From: an uncultured Christensenella sp.
Lineage (GTDB): Bacteria > Bacillota > Clostridia > Christensenellales > UBA1242
Assembly: GCA_910586385.1 (NCBI GenBank)
Contig: CAJUGX010000001.1
Coordinates: 78,408 to 142,407 of the forward strand
Reading direction: 5' to 3'
DNA length: 64,000 nt
Made by a program: the position numbers and the translations under genes. The first letter of the stretch is position 1, and each line of letters begins with the position of its first letter. This document shows, piece by piece, positions 9,626 through 17,792 of this stretch. The notes beneath the pieces were generated by a model. That model made no database searches and was not told the DNA's origin. It was given only the letters and a program-made list of their open reading frames with translations.

Positions 9626-11355
9626 TATTCAAGTTCCTCCTTTGACAATTGTGAAAGGGCAATCTCTTGATAAACGGCACATTCTTTCATAAGTTCTTGG
9701 TGGGTTCCGCATCCGACCATCTTTCCATTATCCAAAACGACAATCTTGTCAGCATCCATAATTGTGCCCACACGCTGAGCAACAATTACCTTTGTTGCAT
9801 CCTTTGTGTGTTTTGCAAGTGCTTTTCGGAGTTTTTTGTCTGTTTTGTAGTCAAGGGCAGAGAAACTGTCATCAAAAACATATATTTCTGGATTTTTTGC
9901 AATCGCCCTTGCAATGCACAATCTTTGTCTCTGTCCGCCTGAAACATTTGTTCCTCCTTGTGCGACTTGATATTGCAATCCGCCTTCAAGTTTTGAGACA
10001 AAGTCTGCTTGAGCGACCTTGAGTGCCTTTGTCATTTCTTCTTCAGAAATGTTTTCAGCACCGTATTTGATATTCTCTTCAACAGTCCCGCTGAACAAAA
10101 TACCTTTCTGTGGGACAAACCCCAATTTGCTGTTGAGAGCCTCATGAGAATATTCTTTTATATTCACCCCATCAATCAAAACTTCACCAAATGTTGCATC
10201 AAAGAACCTTGGTATAAGATTGACAAGTGTTGATTTGCCACTTCCTGTTGAGCCGATAAATGCAATTGTTTCTCCCTTGTTTGCCACAAAGTTGATGTCT
10301 TCAAGCACATTCATCTCTGAGTCTGGGTACCTGAACGAAACTTTTCTAAATTCAAGTTTTCCCTTTTCTTTTGTTTCGCCATCAAATTCTCCAAAAACTA
10401 TTTTGGACTTTGTTTTCAAAACTTCGTTTATTCTCTTTCCGCTGACAACCGCTCTTGGCATCAACATCACAACAACTGACAAAAACATAAAGCTCATCAA
10501 GATGTGCATACCGTACTGAGTAAATTCAACAATATGACTGAATTGCATTGTTCCCTTATTGATAAAGTGTGCACCGAGCCAGTAGATTGCCAAAGTCAAA
10601 CCATTGAAAATCAAATTCATAAATGGGCTCATCAAACTCATAACTCTTCCAACATAAAGGTTGAGTTTTGTGACATCTTTGTTTACTTCGTCAAATTTTT
10701 CTTCTTGATATTTTTCTGTGTTGTATGCTCTCACAACCCTGAGCCCTGTCAAGTTTTCTCTTGTGACAGAGTTAAGTTTGTCAGTTTTCTTCTGAATCTT
10801 TGTAAACATAGGCATAACGAAAGCGAACAAAAATCCAAGGATGACAAACATTGCAACAACTGCGATTGCTGAGACCCAACTGAAAGTTGCACTTGTCTTA
10901 ACCATGTTGACAATTGAGAATACTGCCATTGTTGGAGCCATAACACCCATACGCAAAGCCATCTGCATAATGTTTTGGATTTGAGTAACATCGTTTGTGC
11001 TTCTCGTGATCAAGCTTGCAGTAGAAAATTTGTTGATTTCTTCTTGTGAGAAACCGTTGACAGTTTTGAATATGTCTGCCCTAAGTCTCTTTGCAAAAAT
11101 GGCTGCAACATAAGTCACCAAACATTGGTTGACAACTGAACACGCCACAATCACTGCTGTATAGATAAGCATCCACTTTCCCGATGCCCAAATTGATGCA
11201 ACAGGCGCGACAATTTGGACTTTGTCAATAAGCTCTGCCATCTTGTCAATCAATTCCATTTCAAAATAAACTTGAGTGACTGTCACTGCCATGCTTATCA
11301 AAGCAAGGATGTATTCATACCACTTCAAATTTCTAAAAATTTTCAACTTTTCCAC
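9625..11355 (-). CDS. ABC exporter permease/ATPase subunit. It has a degenerate Walker B and a consensus signature motif.
   Basis: Walker A GSTGSGKST, signature VSGGQRQRL. Walker B is IYVFDDSFSALD, with the catalytic Glu replaced by Asp. There is a 1-nt overlap with the downstream subunit. Confidence 0.9.
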   Translation of the reverse strand: MEKLKIFRNLKWYEYILALISMAVTVTQVYFEMELIDKMAELIDKVQIVAPVASIWASGKWMLIYTAVIVACSVVNQCLVTYVAAIFAKRLRADIFKTVNGFSQEEINKFSTASLITRSTNDVTQIQNIMQMALRMGVMAPTMAVFSIVNMVKTSATFSWVSAIAVVAMFVILGFLFAFVMPMFTKIQKKTDKLNSVTRENLTGLRVVRAYNTEKYQEEKFDEVNKDVTKLNLYVGRVMSLMSPFMNLIFNGLTLAIYWLGAHFINKGTMQFSHIVEFTQYGMHILMSFMFLSVVVMLMPRAVVSGKRINEVLKTKSKIVFGEFDGETKEKGKLEFRKVSFRYPDSEMNVLEDINFVANKGETIAFIGSTGSGKSTLVNLIPRFFDATFGEVLIDGVNIKEYSHEALNSKLGFVPQKGILFSGTVEENIKYGAENISEEEMTKALKVAQADFVSKLEGGLQYQVAQGGTNVSGGQRQRLCIARAIAKNPEIYVFDDSFSALDYKTDKKLRKALAKHTKDATKVIVAQRVGTIMDADKIVVLDNGKMVGCGTHQELMKECAVYQEIALSQLSKEELE

Positions 11356-11376
11356 CCCCTAAAAATTCCCGATCTC

Positions 11377-11392
11377 TTTGTGAAATCACAAA
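11377..11392. promoter_or_regulatory. Perfect 7-2-7 palindrome in the ABC-operon leader (candidate operator)
   Basis: TTTGTGA-AA-TCACAAA lies between the predicted promoter and the RBS. Confidence 0.35.
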
Positions 11393-11424
11393 AATAAAAA
11401 CCTAGCAATTTGCTGGATGCCATA

Positions 11425-11456
11425 ATATTACCAAATAACCCGTTGACTTGTCAACG
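11425..11456 (-). promoter_or_regulatory. Promoter of the ABC exporter operon, with an overlapping palindromic operator
   Basis: The minus strand reads TTGACA-18-TGgTAATAT. The -35 element sits inside the perfect palindrome CGTTGAC-TT-GTCAACG (11441-11456). Confidence 0.45.
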
Positions 11457-11494
11457 ATTTCAGGAAACATCTTAGACTAAATATGCTTGCAAAA

Positions 11495-11521
11495 TAAAAA
11501 AAGTTCATAACAGAACTTTTC
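11495..11521 (-). terminator. Terminator of the ESCRT-like operon
   Basis: The minus strand reads AAAAGTTC-tgttat-GAACTTTTTTT directly after the stop of the 1280-aa gene. Confidence 0.65.
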
Positions 11522-14500
11522 TTATTTCAAAGTAGGATAAATCCCAGAAATATCCCAAATTTTTGTGTCAAAGCCAAAGACATTCTGATTGAAGACTCTC
11601 ACATCTCTCTGCACTGCCGTGCTGTAGTTTGCAAGAGAAGTCAAGAATGGCTCAGGAGCAATAACTTTTTCAGTGCTGGTGAAAGAGTATGCTATCTTTC
11701 CACCCAAGCTTCCAACAAGCGAGCCCACTTTCATGCCATTTTCACAAGATATAGTCACCGTTGAATAGCTGTGGTTGATTGACTCCCCAACATTGCTGTT
11801 TAGGTATTTTCCATACAATCCCCCAACTGCTCCGTTTCTGCCAACAGCCATGACGTCGAGATTTCCAACACTGTAGTTGTTTTTACTTTCACTTCTTCCA
11901 TCTCCAACAAGCCCGCCGACATACATTTCATATGCGTTTCCGCTGACAGAATAATGAACTGTCGCTTTGTTTCTGCTGAGATCGAGATTACCTCCATCCA
12001 TACCTTCAAGAAGTCCAACCAGTCCTCCAATGTTCACGTCATCCGCATTTTTGGCTTCAAACTGGAATGATGTCTCAGCCTCATTTTTTATAAGCTTCGA
12101 ACTTCCACCGCTTCTTACAATACCAACAATTCCACCAAAGTTGAGTCCTGCACTTGTTGAGACAGCCTTTCCATTGAGCCCAACACTGCATCCTGAAATA
12201 GTCCCATCTTTCACCTTTGATGCAACTCCACCAAAAGTGAAGTTTTTGTTTGTCCTTACAATCAGGTCTCCTTCACAGCGCACGACACAATCTTTGATTG
12301 TTCCAGTGTTGCTCACTGCAATGCCTCCAAAATTGGAAACATTTTTATAAGTTGCTCCTGCGTAGTATATTCGAATATTTTCAATCGTTCCAGTGTTTGA
12401 ATAGAACAATGTGATGTTTTTATTTGACTTGACAGTTAAATTGGTTACGGATTTCCCATTTCCATCAAGTTTGCCCATAAATGCTGTTGGTTTCCATCTC
12501 CACCCGCTCATGTCGATGTTTTTTTCAAGACGCAACTCGGCATATGGAGCGTTGTGAATCAAACGATTAAACTCTTTTGCATTGTTGATTGTCACAACTG
12601 TTGGCATAAGGTAGAAACCAATGCACATCAGTGCGACATTCAAAAAACCAAATGTCATAAGAACGATGTTTGCAATCTTCCACCTCTGATGCATTTTTTT
12701 CTTTTTGAAAAGATAATATGACATGTGCACGATGGAAAAGAGTGCCCCAAGACAAACAAGAGCAATCACAAAGTTTTGGTTGAAGTACATATACACTTCC
12801 TTTGGAATCGCAATGATAACAATCAACAGTAATGTCGCAAACAGAACTGGGAAGATTTCCAAGAAACCAAACAAATATCTTCTGATAAACTTTTTTCGTC
12901 TTTCGGTCTCTTCGTCAACAACCACTGGTTCTGCATTTGTCTCTTTGGTCTTTCTGCGAGCATTTTTCGCTGAGAGTTTTTCTGCCTTTGCTGCTCTGAG
13001 CCCAGCTTCTCTTCCCTCAAGGTTTGTGACATTGATTGACATATCAAGTGTAAGATCAAGAAGGTCGAGTCTAGTTGCAATCTTCTTTGCAACGTCATTG
13101 TACTCTTCAAGTGTCAAATGCCCCTTAAGCCGAGTTACATAATTCTCAAAAGGTTCGAGTTGCAATTTGAAATAATTGGCCCCGCGAAGAACTCCTTTTC
13201 CTTCCTCTTTTGCCATCTCAAGCAAAATCTTGTTGTTTCTGATAAGGAAGTCGTTCAGCTTCTCAGCCAAATTTTTCTTGTCAAGCCACTCTGGAGCAAG
13301 TCCAGTCTTTTCCCCAGAATAAAGATTTGATTTGCTTATGATTGCCCCGTACTTTTCTGCTTGTGACTCATCAGCACATGCGAGCAGACTCTCCCACTCT
13401 GGCATCTGTGAAACCTTGACATTTGTTTTGACAAGTTTCGCTTCTGAGTTGCAGTGACACTTTATCTGAATCAAAATCCAATAAAGCTCTGCATCGGTTT
13501 TGTTTTTTGAAATTGCAATGGCAATATATTTTTCTGCTGCAACATAGAATCTCATTTGTTGGAAGTGCAATGCAACAGTCTTCAATATCTGTGAGAGTTT
13601 GATATCGTCCTCAACATAAGCGAGGTAAAAATCCAACTGCTCTTGCGTTTTCTTCATATCAACATAACAAATCGGCAAAATCATGTTTATCACAGCAGAG
13701 ATAAGTTGTGCGCGCTTGTCCGCATTGAGATACTTGAGAGTATTTTCAACAACATCCTTTTTTCTGAATGACAATTTTGACTCAACATCTTTGAAGTTTT
13801 TCAAAAGGATTGCGATGTTGCTCTGCTCATGACCTGCGTCAATGTCCAACACTTTCTTATAATAGTTGTCGTCTCCGCTCTTTTGAGCAAGCAAGAAATA
13901 GAAATTTACAAATCTGTCAACATCATTATTTTGGAAACACTTAAGCACTTTCTCTATCAACGATTGATCAAGAGTGTCCAGTGCTTTGTTTTCTGCTGCA
14001 GTGACAAGTTTGTCTCTGTTTGGCGTGTTGTATTGTGCCAAATATAATAGGAAAGAATTGTAATATTCTTCGCTGTCAAGACTGATGATAAGATTGCTCC
14101 AGTTGTCAACAATCATCTCGGCAAAGTCTTTTGGGGCATACTTAAGAATGTTGTCAAGCCTATCCTTCTCTTTGAAGTTTGCAATGTCTGAGAAGAATTC
14201 CCCTGCCGTCCTTACCTTATAATCACACAACAAATCAGCAAACAACAATTCGGCGTTGTTTGGATCTTTTTCGAGTTCTTTTTTTGCGAGATCTTTGGCA
14301 GACTCAAAGTCGCCATTTTTCAAACTGATGAAAATCCATCTGTTTCGGTTTGCCCCAGTCAGCTCGATGTTTTCAACTTTATAATTCCCAAGTTCGGTTG
14401 TAGAGACACTTTCAACGTCAACCTTGGCTTTCTTGACTGAAGAAACTTTGTCAAGTTTGACTTTTTCAATCTTTGCAACTTGACTGACAGACTTTTCTTT

Positions 14501-15364
14501 CTCTGTCTTGATTTTGAGCATCAACTCATCAACAACGCCAACTTCAGACAAATCAACAACACTCTTGATTCCCGCAAATTCTTTAGGGAGATTTTGCATT
14601 GTCACGCCATTGTCAAAAGCAACAACAAAACTTGTCGCGGTCTTTTCTTTTTGAGAAATGAAATATCTGTATCTGTCAAAAAGGTTTTTGATTTCTGGGT
14701 CATTGTATCCAGTCGTCTTGTTTGCGTACAAAACAAAGACTTTGGCTGTTTTGAGTGCATTGAAAGACTCTGATTCGTTTTCTTTGCTGAGCCCTTGCAC
14801 AAAATAAGTTGAGATATCTTTCTCCTTAAGCGAATCGATGAGATTTGTTATCTTTTCGTTTGGATTTGCCTTATCATAGCCCGTCGCACACAACACGACA
14901 TCAAAACTTTCTTTTCCAACCACGTTTTGATATCCATCAACCATTTTGTCAACCATGCGAGATATCTCATTGTAAGTCTTTGCAGTGTCCTCTGGTGCAT
15001 TTTCAACCGCACTTTTGAAATCATCATCTTCACTGATTTTTACAATTTTATCGCCAAAAAAACGAGGCTTCTTGACCGAAGTCCCTCGTCTTGAATATAA
15101 AACTATTTTATGTTTTGCCAAGACTTTTCCAAGGTAAGCTTCAAATGACAAAGGATACATTGACAAGATTTTGTCAAAATCATCCATCGCATCAGCAAAC
15201 TTGAATTGCCTCAGTTTCTCGTAAGCCCAAACTGTGAGAGCATCTTCTTCTTTTGAACCGTGTTCGTCGACATAGAGAGTACCACAAAACTGGCATTTAA
15301 CCATGTTTTGCCCAACAACGACATATTGTCTTCCTCCACAGTTTTTACAAACACGCTCTCTCAA
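11522..15364 (-). CDS. 1280-aa multidomain membrane protein: Zn-ribbon, TIR-like (flavodoxin-fold) domain, TPR-like helical region, 3-4 TM helices and an extracytoplasmic GLUG-repeat beta-helix
   Basis: TTG start with a GAGGG RBS. The Zn-ribbon is CKNCGG..x13..CQFCG. Residues about 163-260 (FDVVLCATGYD..KVFVLYANKT) look TIR-like. The hydrophobic block maps to about nt 12590-12890. The C-terminus has 7 repeats of the type FGGIAVSNTGTIKDC / IGGLVGLLEG / VGGLVGDG. Confidence 0.7.
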   Translation of the reverse strand: MRERVCKNCGGRQYVVVGQNMVKCQFCGTLYVDEHGSKEEDALTVWAYEKLRQFKFADAMDDFDKILSMYPLSFEAYLGKVLAKHKIVLYSRRGTSVKKPRFFGDKIVKISEDDDFKSAVENAPEDTAKTYNEISRMVDKMVDGYQNVVGKESFDVVLCATGYDKANPNEKITNLIDSLKEKDISTYFVQGLSKENESESFNALKTAKVFVLYANKTTGYNDPEIKNLFDRYRYFISQKEKTATSFVVAFDNGVTMQNLPKEFAGIKSVVDLSEVGVVDELMLKIKTEKEKSVSQVAKIEKVKLDKVSSVKKAKVDVESVSTTELGNYKVENIELTGANRNRWIFISLKNGDFESAKDLAKKELEKDPNNAELLFADLLCDYKVRTAGEFFSDIANFKEKDRLDNILKYAPKDFAEMIVDNWSNLIISLDSEEYYNSFLLYLAQYNTPNRDKLVTAAENKALDTLDQSLIEKVLKCFQNNDVDRFVNFYFLLAQKSGDDNYYKKVLDIDAGHEQSNIAILLKNFKDVESKLSFRKKDVVENTLKYLNADKRAQLISAVINMILPICYVDMKKTQEQLDFYLAYVEDDIKLSQILKTVALHFQQMRFYVAAEKYIAIAISKNKTDAELYWILIQIKCHCNSEAKLVKTNVKVSQMPEWESLLACADESQAEKYGAIISKSNLYSGEKTGLAPEWLDKKNLAEKLNDFLIRNNKILLEMAKEEGKGVLRGANYFKLQLEPFENYVTRLKGHLTLEEYNDVAKKIATRLDLLDLTLDMSINVTNLEGREAGLRAAKAEKLSAKNARRKTKETNAEPVVVDEETERRKKFIRRYLFGFLEIFPVLFATLLLIVIIAIPKEVYMYFNQNFVIALVCLGALFSIVHMSYYLFKKKKMHQRWKIANIVLMTFGFLNVALMCIGFYLMPTVVTINNAKEFNRLIHNAPYAELRLEKNIDMSGWRWKPTAFMGKLDGNGKSVTNLTVKSNKNITLFYSNTGTIENIRIYYAGATYKNVSNFGGIAVSNTGTIKDCVVRCEGDLIVRTNKNFTFGGVASKVKDGTISGCSVGLNGKAVSTSAGLNFGGIVGIVRSGGSSKLIKNEAETSFQFEAKNADDVNIGGLVGLLEGMDGGNLDLSRNKATVHYSVSGNAYEMYVGGLVGDGRSESKNNYSVGNLDVMAVGRNGAVGGLYGKYLNSNVGESINHSYSTVTISCENGMKVGSLVGSLGGKIAYSFTSTEKVIAPEPFLTSLANYSTAVQRDVRVFNQNVFGFDTKIWDISGIYPTLK

Positions 15365-15367
15365 CTT

Positions 15368-16516
15368 TTAACCCTCGTTTTTGTTCTTTTTTATGTAACC
15401 GCTGACCTCATTGTTGTAATCATCAAAGAGTTTGATTTCTTTTGGAGTCACGCTTGGTGGCATAACCCCCAAAACCCTGTCAAAGTCAGCATTTGTAACT
15501 TTGATGATGGAATCTGTTGCGATTGCTTCAAGAAGAGGCTCATCCTTTGCTCTATCACAAAGTTCTTCAATGTCCGCACCGCTATAATTTTCTGTCTGCT
15601 CAACGATCTTGTCAATGTCAAAGTCGTCAGAAACAGGCACATTTTTCATGTTTTTCTCAAGCATAAACTTTCTTGCAGGAGCATCAGGAAGAGGCAAATA
15701 AATCTTTTGCGAAAACCTTCCAGAACGCATTGCAGCACTGTCAATGTCCCATGGTCTGTTTGTTGCACCCAAGAGAAGAAGGTTTTGATTTCGTCCAGCA
15801 AAACCATCAATCTGTTGCAAAAACTCGTTTACACGCTTGTTGTTGTGAGTGTCATCACCACGCTTCCCCAAAAGGTTGTCCATCTCATCAATAAAGATGA
15901 TTGCACGGTCTTGTTTATTTGCTTCTTCAAAAAGCGAATTGATGTTTTTCTCACTGTCACCAACCCACTTGCTGACAATGTCAGAGCCTTTGACTGCATA
16001 AAACTTTGCTCCAACTTCGTTTGCAATCGCTTTTGCAATCATTGTTTTTCCCGTCCCCGGAGGTCCATACAAAAGCACACCGCCTCCGCTCTTTTTTCCA
16101 TACATCTTGTATTTGTCCGGATATTTGACAGGATTGATCATCCTGATTGTGATTGACTTCTTGACATCTTCAAGTCCAGCGACATCAGAAAACTTTATGT
16201 CAGGCACTTTTGCTGCCTGCCATTTTTTTACGTCATCATCTTCGCCCTCTGACGACTTGCCATCACCTTTCTTTTCCACCTTGATAGGTTTCTTTCCGAG
16301 ATTTTCTGACAAATCAACAAGCGTCCTCGCTCTTTCCATTCTTGCTTCTTTGAGTTTGCCTTGGCTTTGTTTTGCCATCTGCATCATTGTCTCGCCAGCA
16401 AGAAGAAAGTTCCTTTTTGCCAAAGTAAAGTTTCCCTTATCTTTTGCTTCCTTGCCCTTTCTCATATAAAGGTCAAATGTGTCAGACAAAACAGTCATGT
16501 TTGGTTGTTCTTTCAC
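15368..16516 (-). CDS. Vps4/CdvC-like AAA+ ATPase with an N-terminal MIT-like three-helix domain
   Basis: Walker A GPPGTGKT, Walker B IIFIDEMD, pore loop VSKWVGDSEK (compare Vps4 SKWMGESEK), ATNRPWDIDSAAMRSGRFSQKIYLPLPD. The N-terminal 75 aa (KGKEAKDKGNFTLAKRNFLLAGETMMQMAK..) are MIT-like. There are no TM helices and no protease domain. Confidence 0.8.
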   Translation of the reverse strand: MKEQPNMTVLSDTFDLYMRKGKEAKDKGNFTLAKRNFLLAGETMMQMAKQSQGKLKEARMERARTLVDLSENLGKKPIKVEKKGDGKSSEGEDDDVKKWQAAKVPDIKFSDVAGLEDVKKSITIRMINPVKYPDKYKMYGKKSGGGVLLYGPPGTGKTMIAKAIANEVGAKFYAVKGSDIVSKWVGDSEKNINSLFEEANKQDRAIIFIDEMDNLLGKRGDDTHNNKRVNEFLQQIDGFAGRNQNLLLLGATNRPWDIDSAAMRSGRFSQKIYLPLPDAPARKFMLEKNMKNVPVSDDFDIDKIVEQTENYSGADIEELCDRAKDEPLLEAIATDSIIKVTNADFDRVLGVMPPSVTPKEIKLFDDYNNEVSGYIKKNKNEG

Positions 16517-16565
16517 CTTAAATCTCCTGTCATACTTCTAAATAAGTTTCAATTTGAAAAAGTTG

Positions 16566-17162
16566 TTAGTTTGAAGCAGAGTCAATCTTCTTTCTGAGTT
16601 CTTCCATTTCCTTGTCAATGCTTTCGCTTGAAAGGCTATCAAGGCTTGCTTGTTCTTCAATAAACTTTGCAAATTCTGCATCTGTCATCTCTGCACCTTT
16701 CTTGTCTTTCCCAGCATTGTAGAACACCTCTTGGCTCATGTCCATGAAGTTGTCCATTTGATCTGTTTGAGTCTCAACTGCAGACATTGCAGCCTCAAAT
16801 TGAGCTTGAATCTTTGCAAATTCTTTTGCATCAGCAAGTTTTGTCATCTCTTTGCTGATGTCGCTCATCCCTCTAAGGAAATCAGAAGTCATCATTGTGA
16901 CATCTTTCATCTGAGCAGTGATTTCAAAGTTGAGAAGCATCTCTTGTGCTCTTCTTTGTTGTTGAACAGTCATCTTATAACCACTGAGTGCAAGTTTGTA
17001 TTGTGCGTCAAGAGACTTTTCTTTCGCTCTTTTTGCAGCATCAATAAACACTTGTTTTTGATCCTCAAGTTTGTTGATTTGTTTGTTCATAGTGTTGATA
17101 GTTCTTTTTACCAACATCTTCTTTTCAATTTCTTTTTGTTGTTTAGTTTTGAACAATCCCAT
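16566..17162 (-). CDS. ESCRT-III superfamily protein, Vps2/Vps24/CHMP1-3-like
   Basis: 198 aa. The N-terminus MGLFKTKQQKE is followed by a basic helical hairpin, then ..MKDVTMMTSDFLRGMSDISKEMTKLADAKEFAKIQAQFEAAMSAVETQTDQMDNFMDMS.. (compare CHMP1/2 ..KSM..MN...I...M..FE.Q.E..D...E.M.D..). It has an acidic tail and a C-terminal amphipathic helix DKEMEELRKKI. Confidence 0.75.
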   Translation of the reverse strand: MGLFKTKQQKEIEKKMLVKRTINTMNKQINKLEDQKQVFIDAAKRAKEKSLDAQYKLALSGYKMTVQQQRRAQEMLLNFEITAQMKDVTMMTSDFLRGMSDISKEMTKLADAKEFAKIQAQFEAAMSAVETQTDQMDNFMDMSQEVFYNAGKDKKGAEMTDAEFAKFIEEQASLDSLSSESIDKEMEELRKKIDSASN

Positions 17163-17163
17163 T

Positions 17164-17778
17164 TTATTCCTCCATCATCATTTTTTTCTTTTTGTTTGCA
17201 GAACTTTCTTTTTCTCTTTCTGAGAAAAGTTCTTGCTCATCAGCCAATTGATTTTCCTTTTCAAAAATTGTCAAGATATCCTCTTCACTTTTGTTTACGC
17301 CATAGATTGGTTGATTGAGATCATACGCTGATTGCACTTCTGAGAAAACCTCATCCGCACTGGTAAGCACATCTTCACTTGAAATTCTTGTTTCAAGCGC
17401 TTTATTCAAAAACTTTGCAAGTCCAAGTTGATCTTTCAAAAGTTCTGAAAGAGGCACTTTCGTTTGAGTTTTGAAGAAAGTATTGCTGTCAAATGCATCC
17501 TTAAGCTTTGTCATAAGCCTTATGTTGTAAAGCAAATACATTCCTCTTTCCATGCAAGTTTTCTTTTCCTCATTGAGGTGAGCAATCTTCTTTGCATAGA
17601 AAAGTTGCAAGTCTTTGTTTTTTTCATTTTTCCCTTTTTCCATAAGTGCATCGATCTCTTTGATCTTCTGGAAAACTTCCGCTTCAACAGTTCGCTCTTG
17701 CCTTTCGAGTTCGCAAATGGAATTGACCAAATCTTCTCTGTTGAGTTTTTTGAATTTGTTTCTCTTAAATAACCACAC
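17164..17778 (-). CDS. ESCRT-III superfamily protein, Snf7/Vps20/CHMP4-like
   Basis: 204 aa. MWLFKRNKFKK..EKGKNEKNKDLQLFYAKKIAHLNEEKKTCMERGMYLLYNI.. parallels Snf7 ..G.KNKR.AL..LKRKK..E.QL..I.G....IE... It has an acidic C-terminal half. Confidence 0.65.
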   Translation of the reverse strand: MWLFKRNKFKKLNREDLVNSICELERQERTVEAEVFQKIKEIDALMEKGKNEKNKDLQLFYAKKIAHLNEEKKTCMERGMYLLYNIRLMTKLKDAFDSNTFFKTQTKVPLSELLKDQLGLAKFLNKALETRISSEDVLTSADEVFSEVQSAYDLNQPIYGVNKSEEDILTIFEKENQLADEQELFSEREKESSANKKKKMMMEE

Positions 17779-17792
17779 CGCTTCTGCTCCTC

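Noticed and set aside
9027-9692. 221-aa +strand ORF (and many similar ORFs at 7991-8329, 8654-8917, 10220-10872) inside the ABC transporter genes
   Set aside because: It is antisense to genes with unmistakable Walker/signature motifs. The composition is low-complexity and Leu/Ile/Phe/Ser-rich, and there is no RBS. These are shadow ORFs.
15260-16156. 298-aa +strand ORF overlapping the Vps4-like gene, and the 222-aa ORF at 16650-17318 overlapping the ESCRT-III-like genes
   Set aside because: Both are antisense to motif-bearing genes, Cys/Phe/Leu-rich and without recognisable domains or RBSs. They are typical shadows of Lys/Glu-rich coding strands.
15368-16516. Alternative reading of the AAA+ gene as FtsH, SpoVK/CbxX-type or a Cdc48-type ATPase
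   Set aside because: It has no TM helices and no HExxH protease domain, so it is not FtsH. It has a single AAA ring, so it is not Cdc48. Its pore loop SKWVGDSEK and the ATNRPW..IYLPLPD block differ from SpoVK/CbxX. The RSGRF arginine-finger region does keep some doubt about the exact clade.
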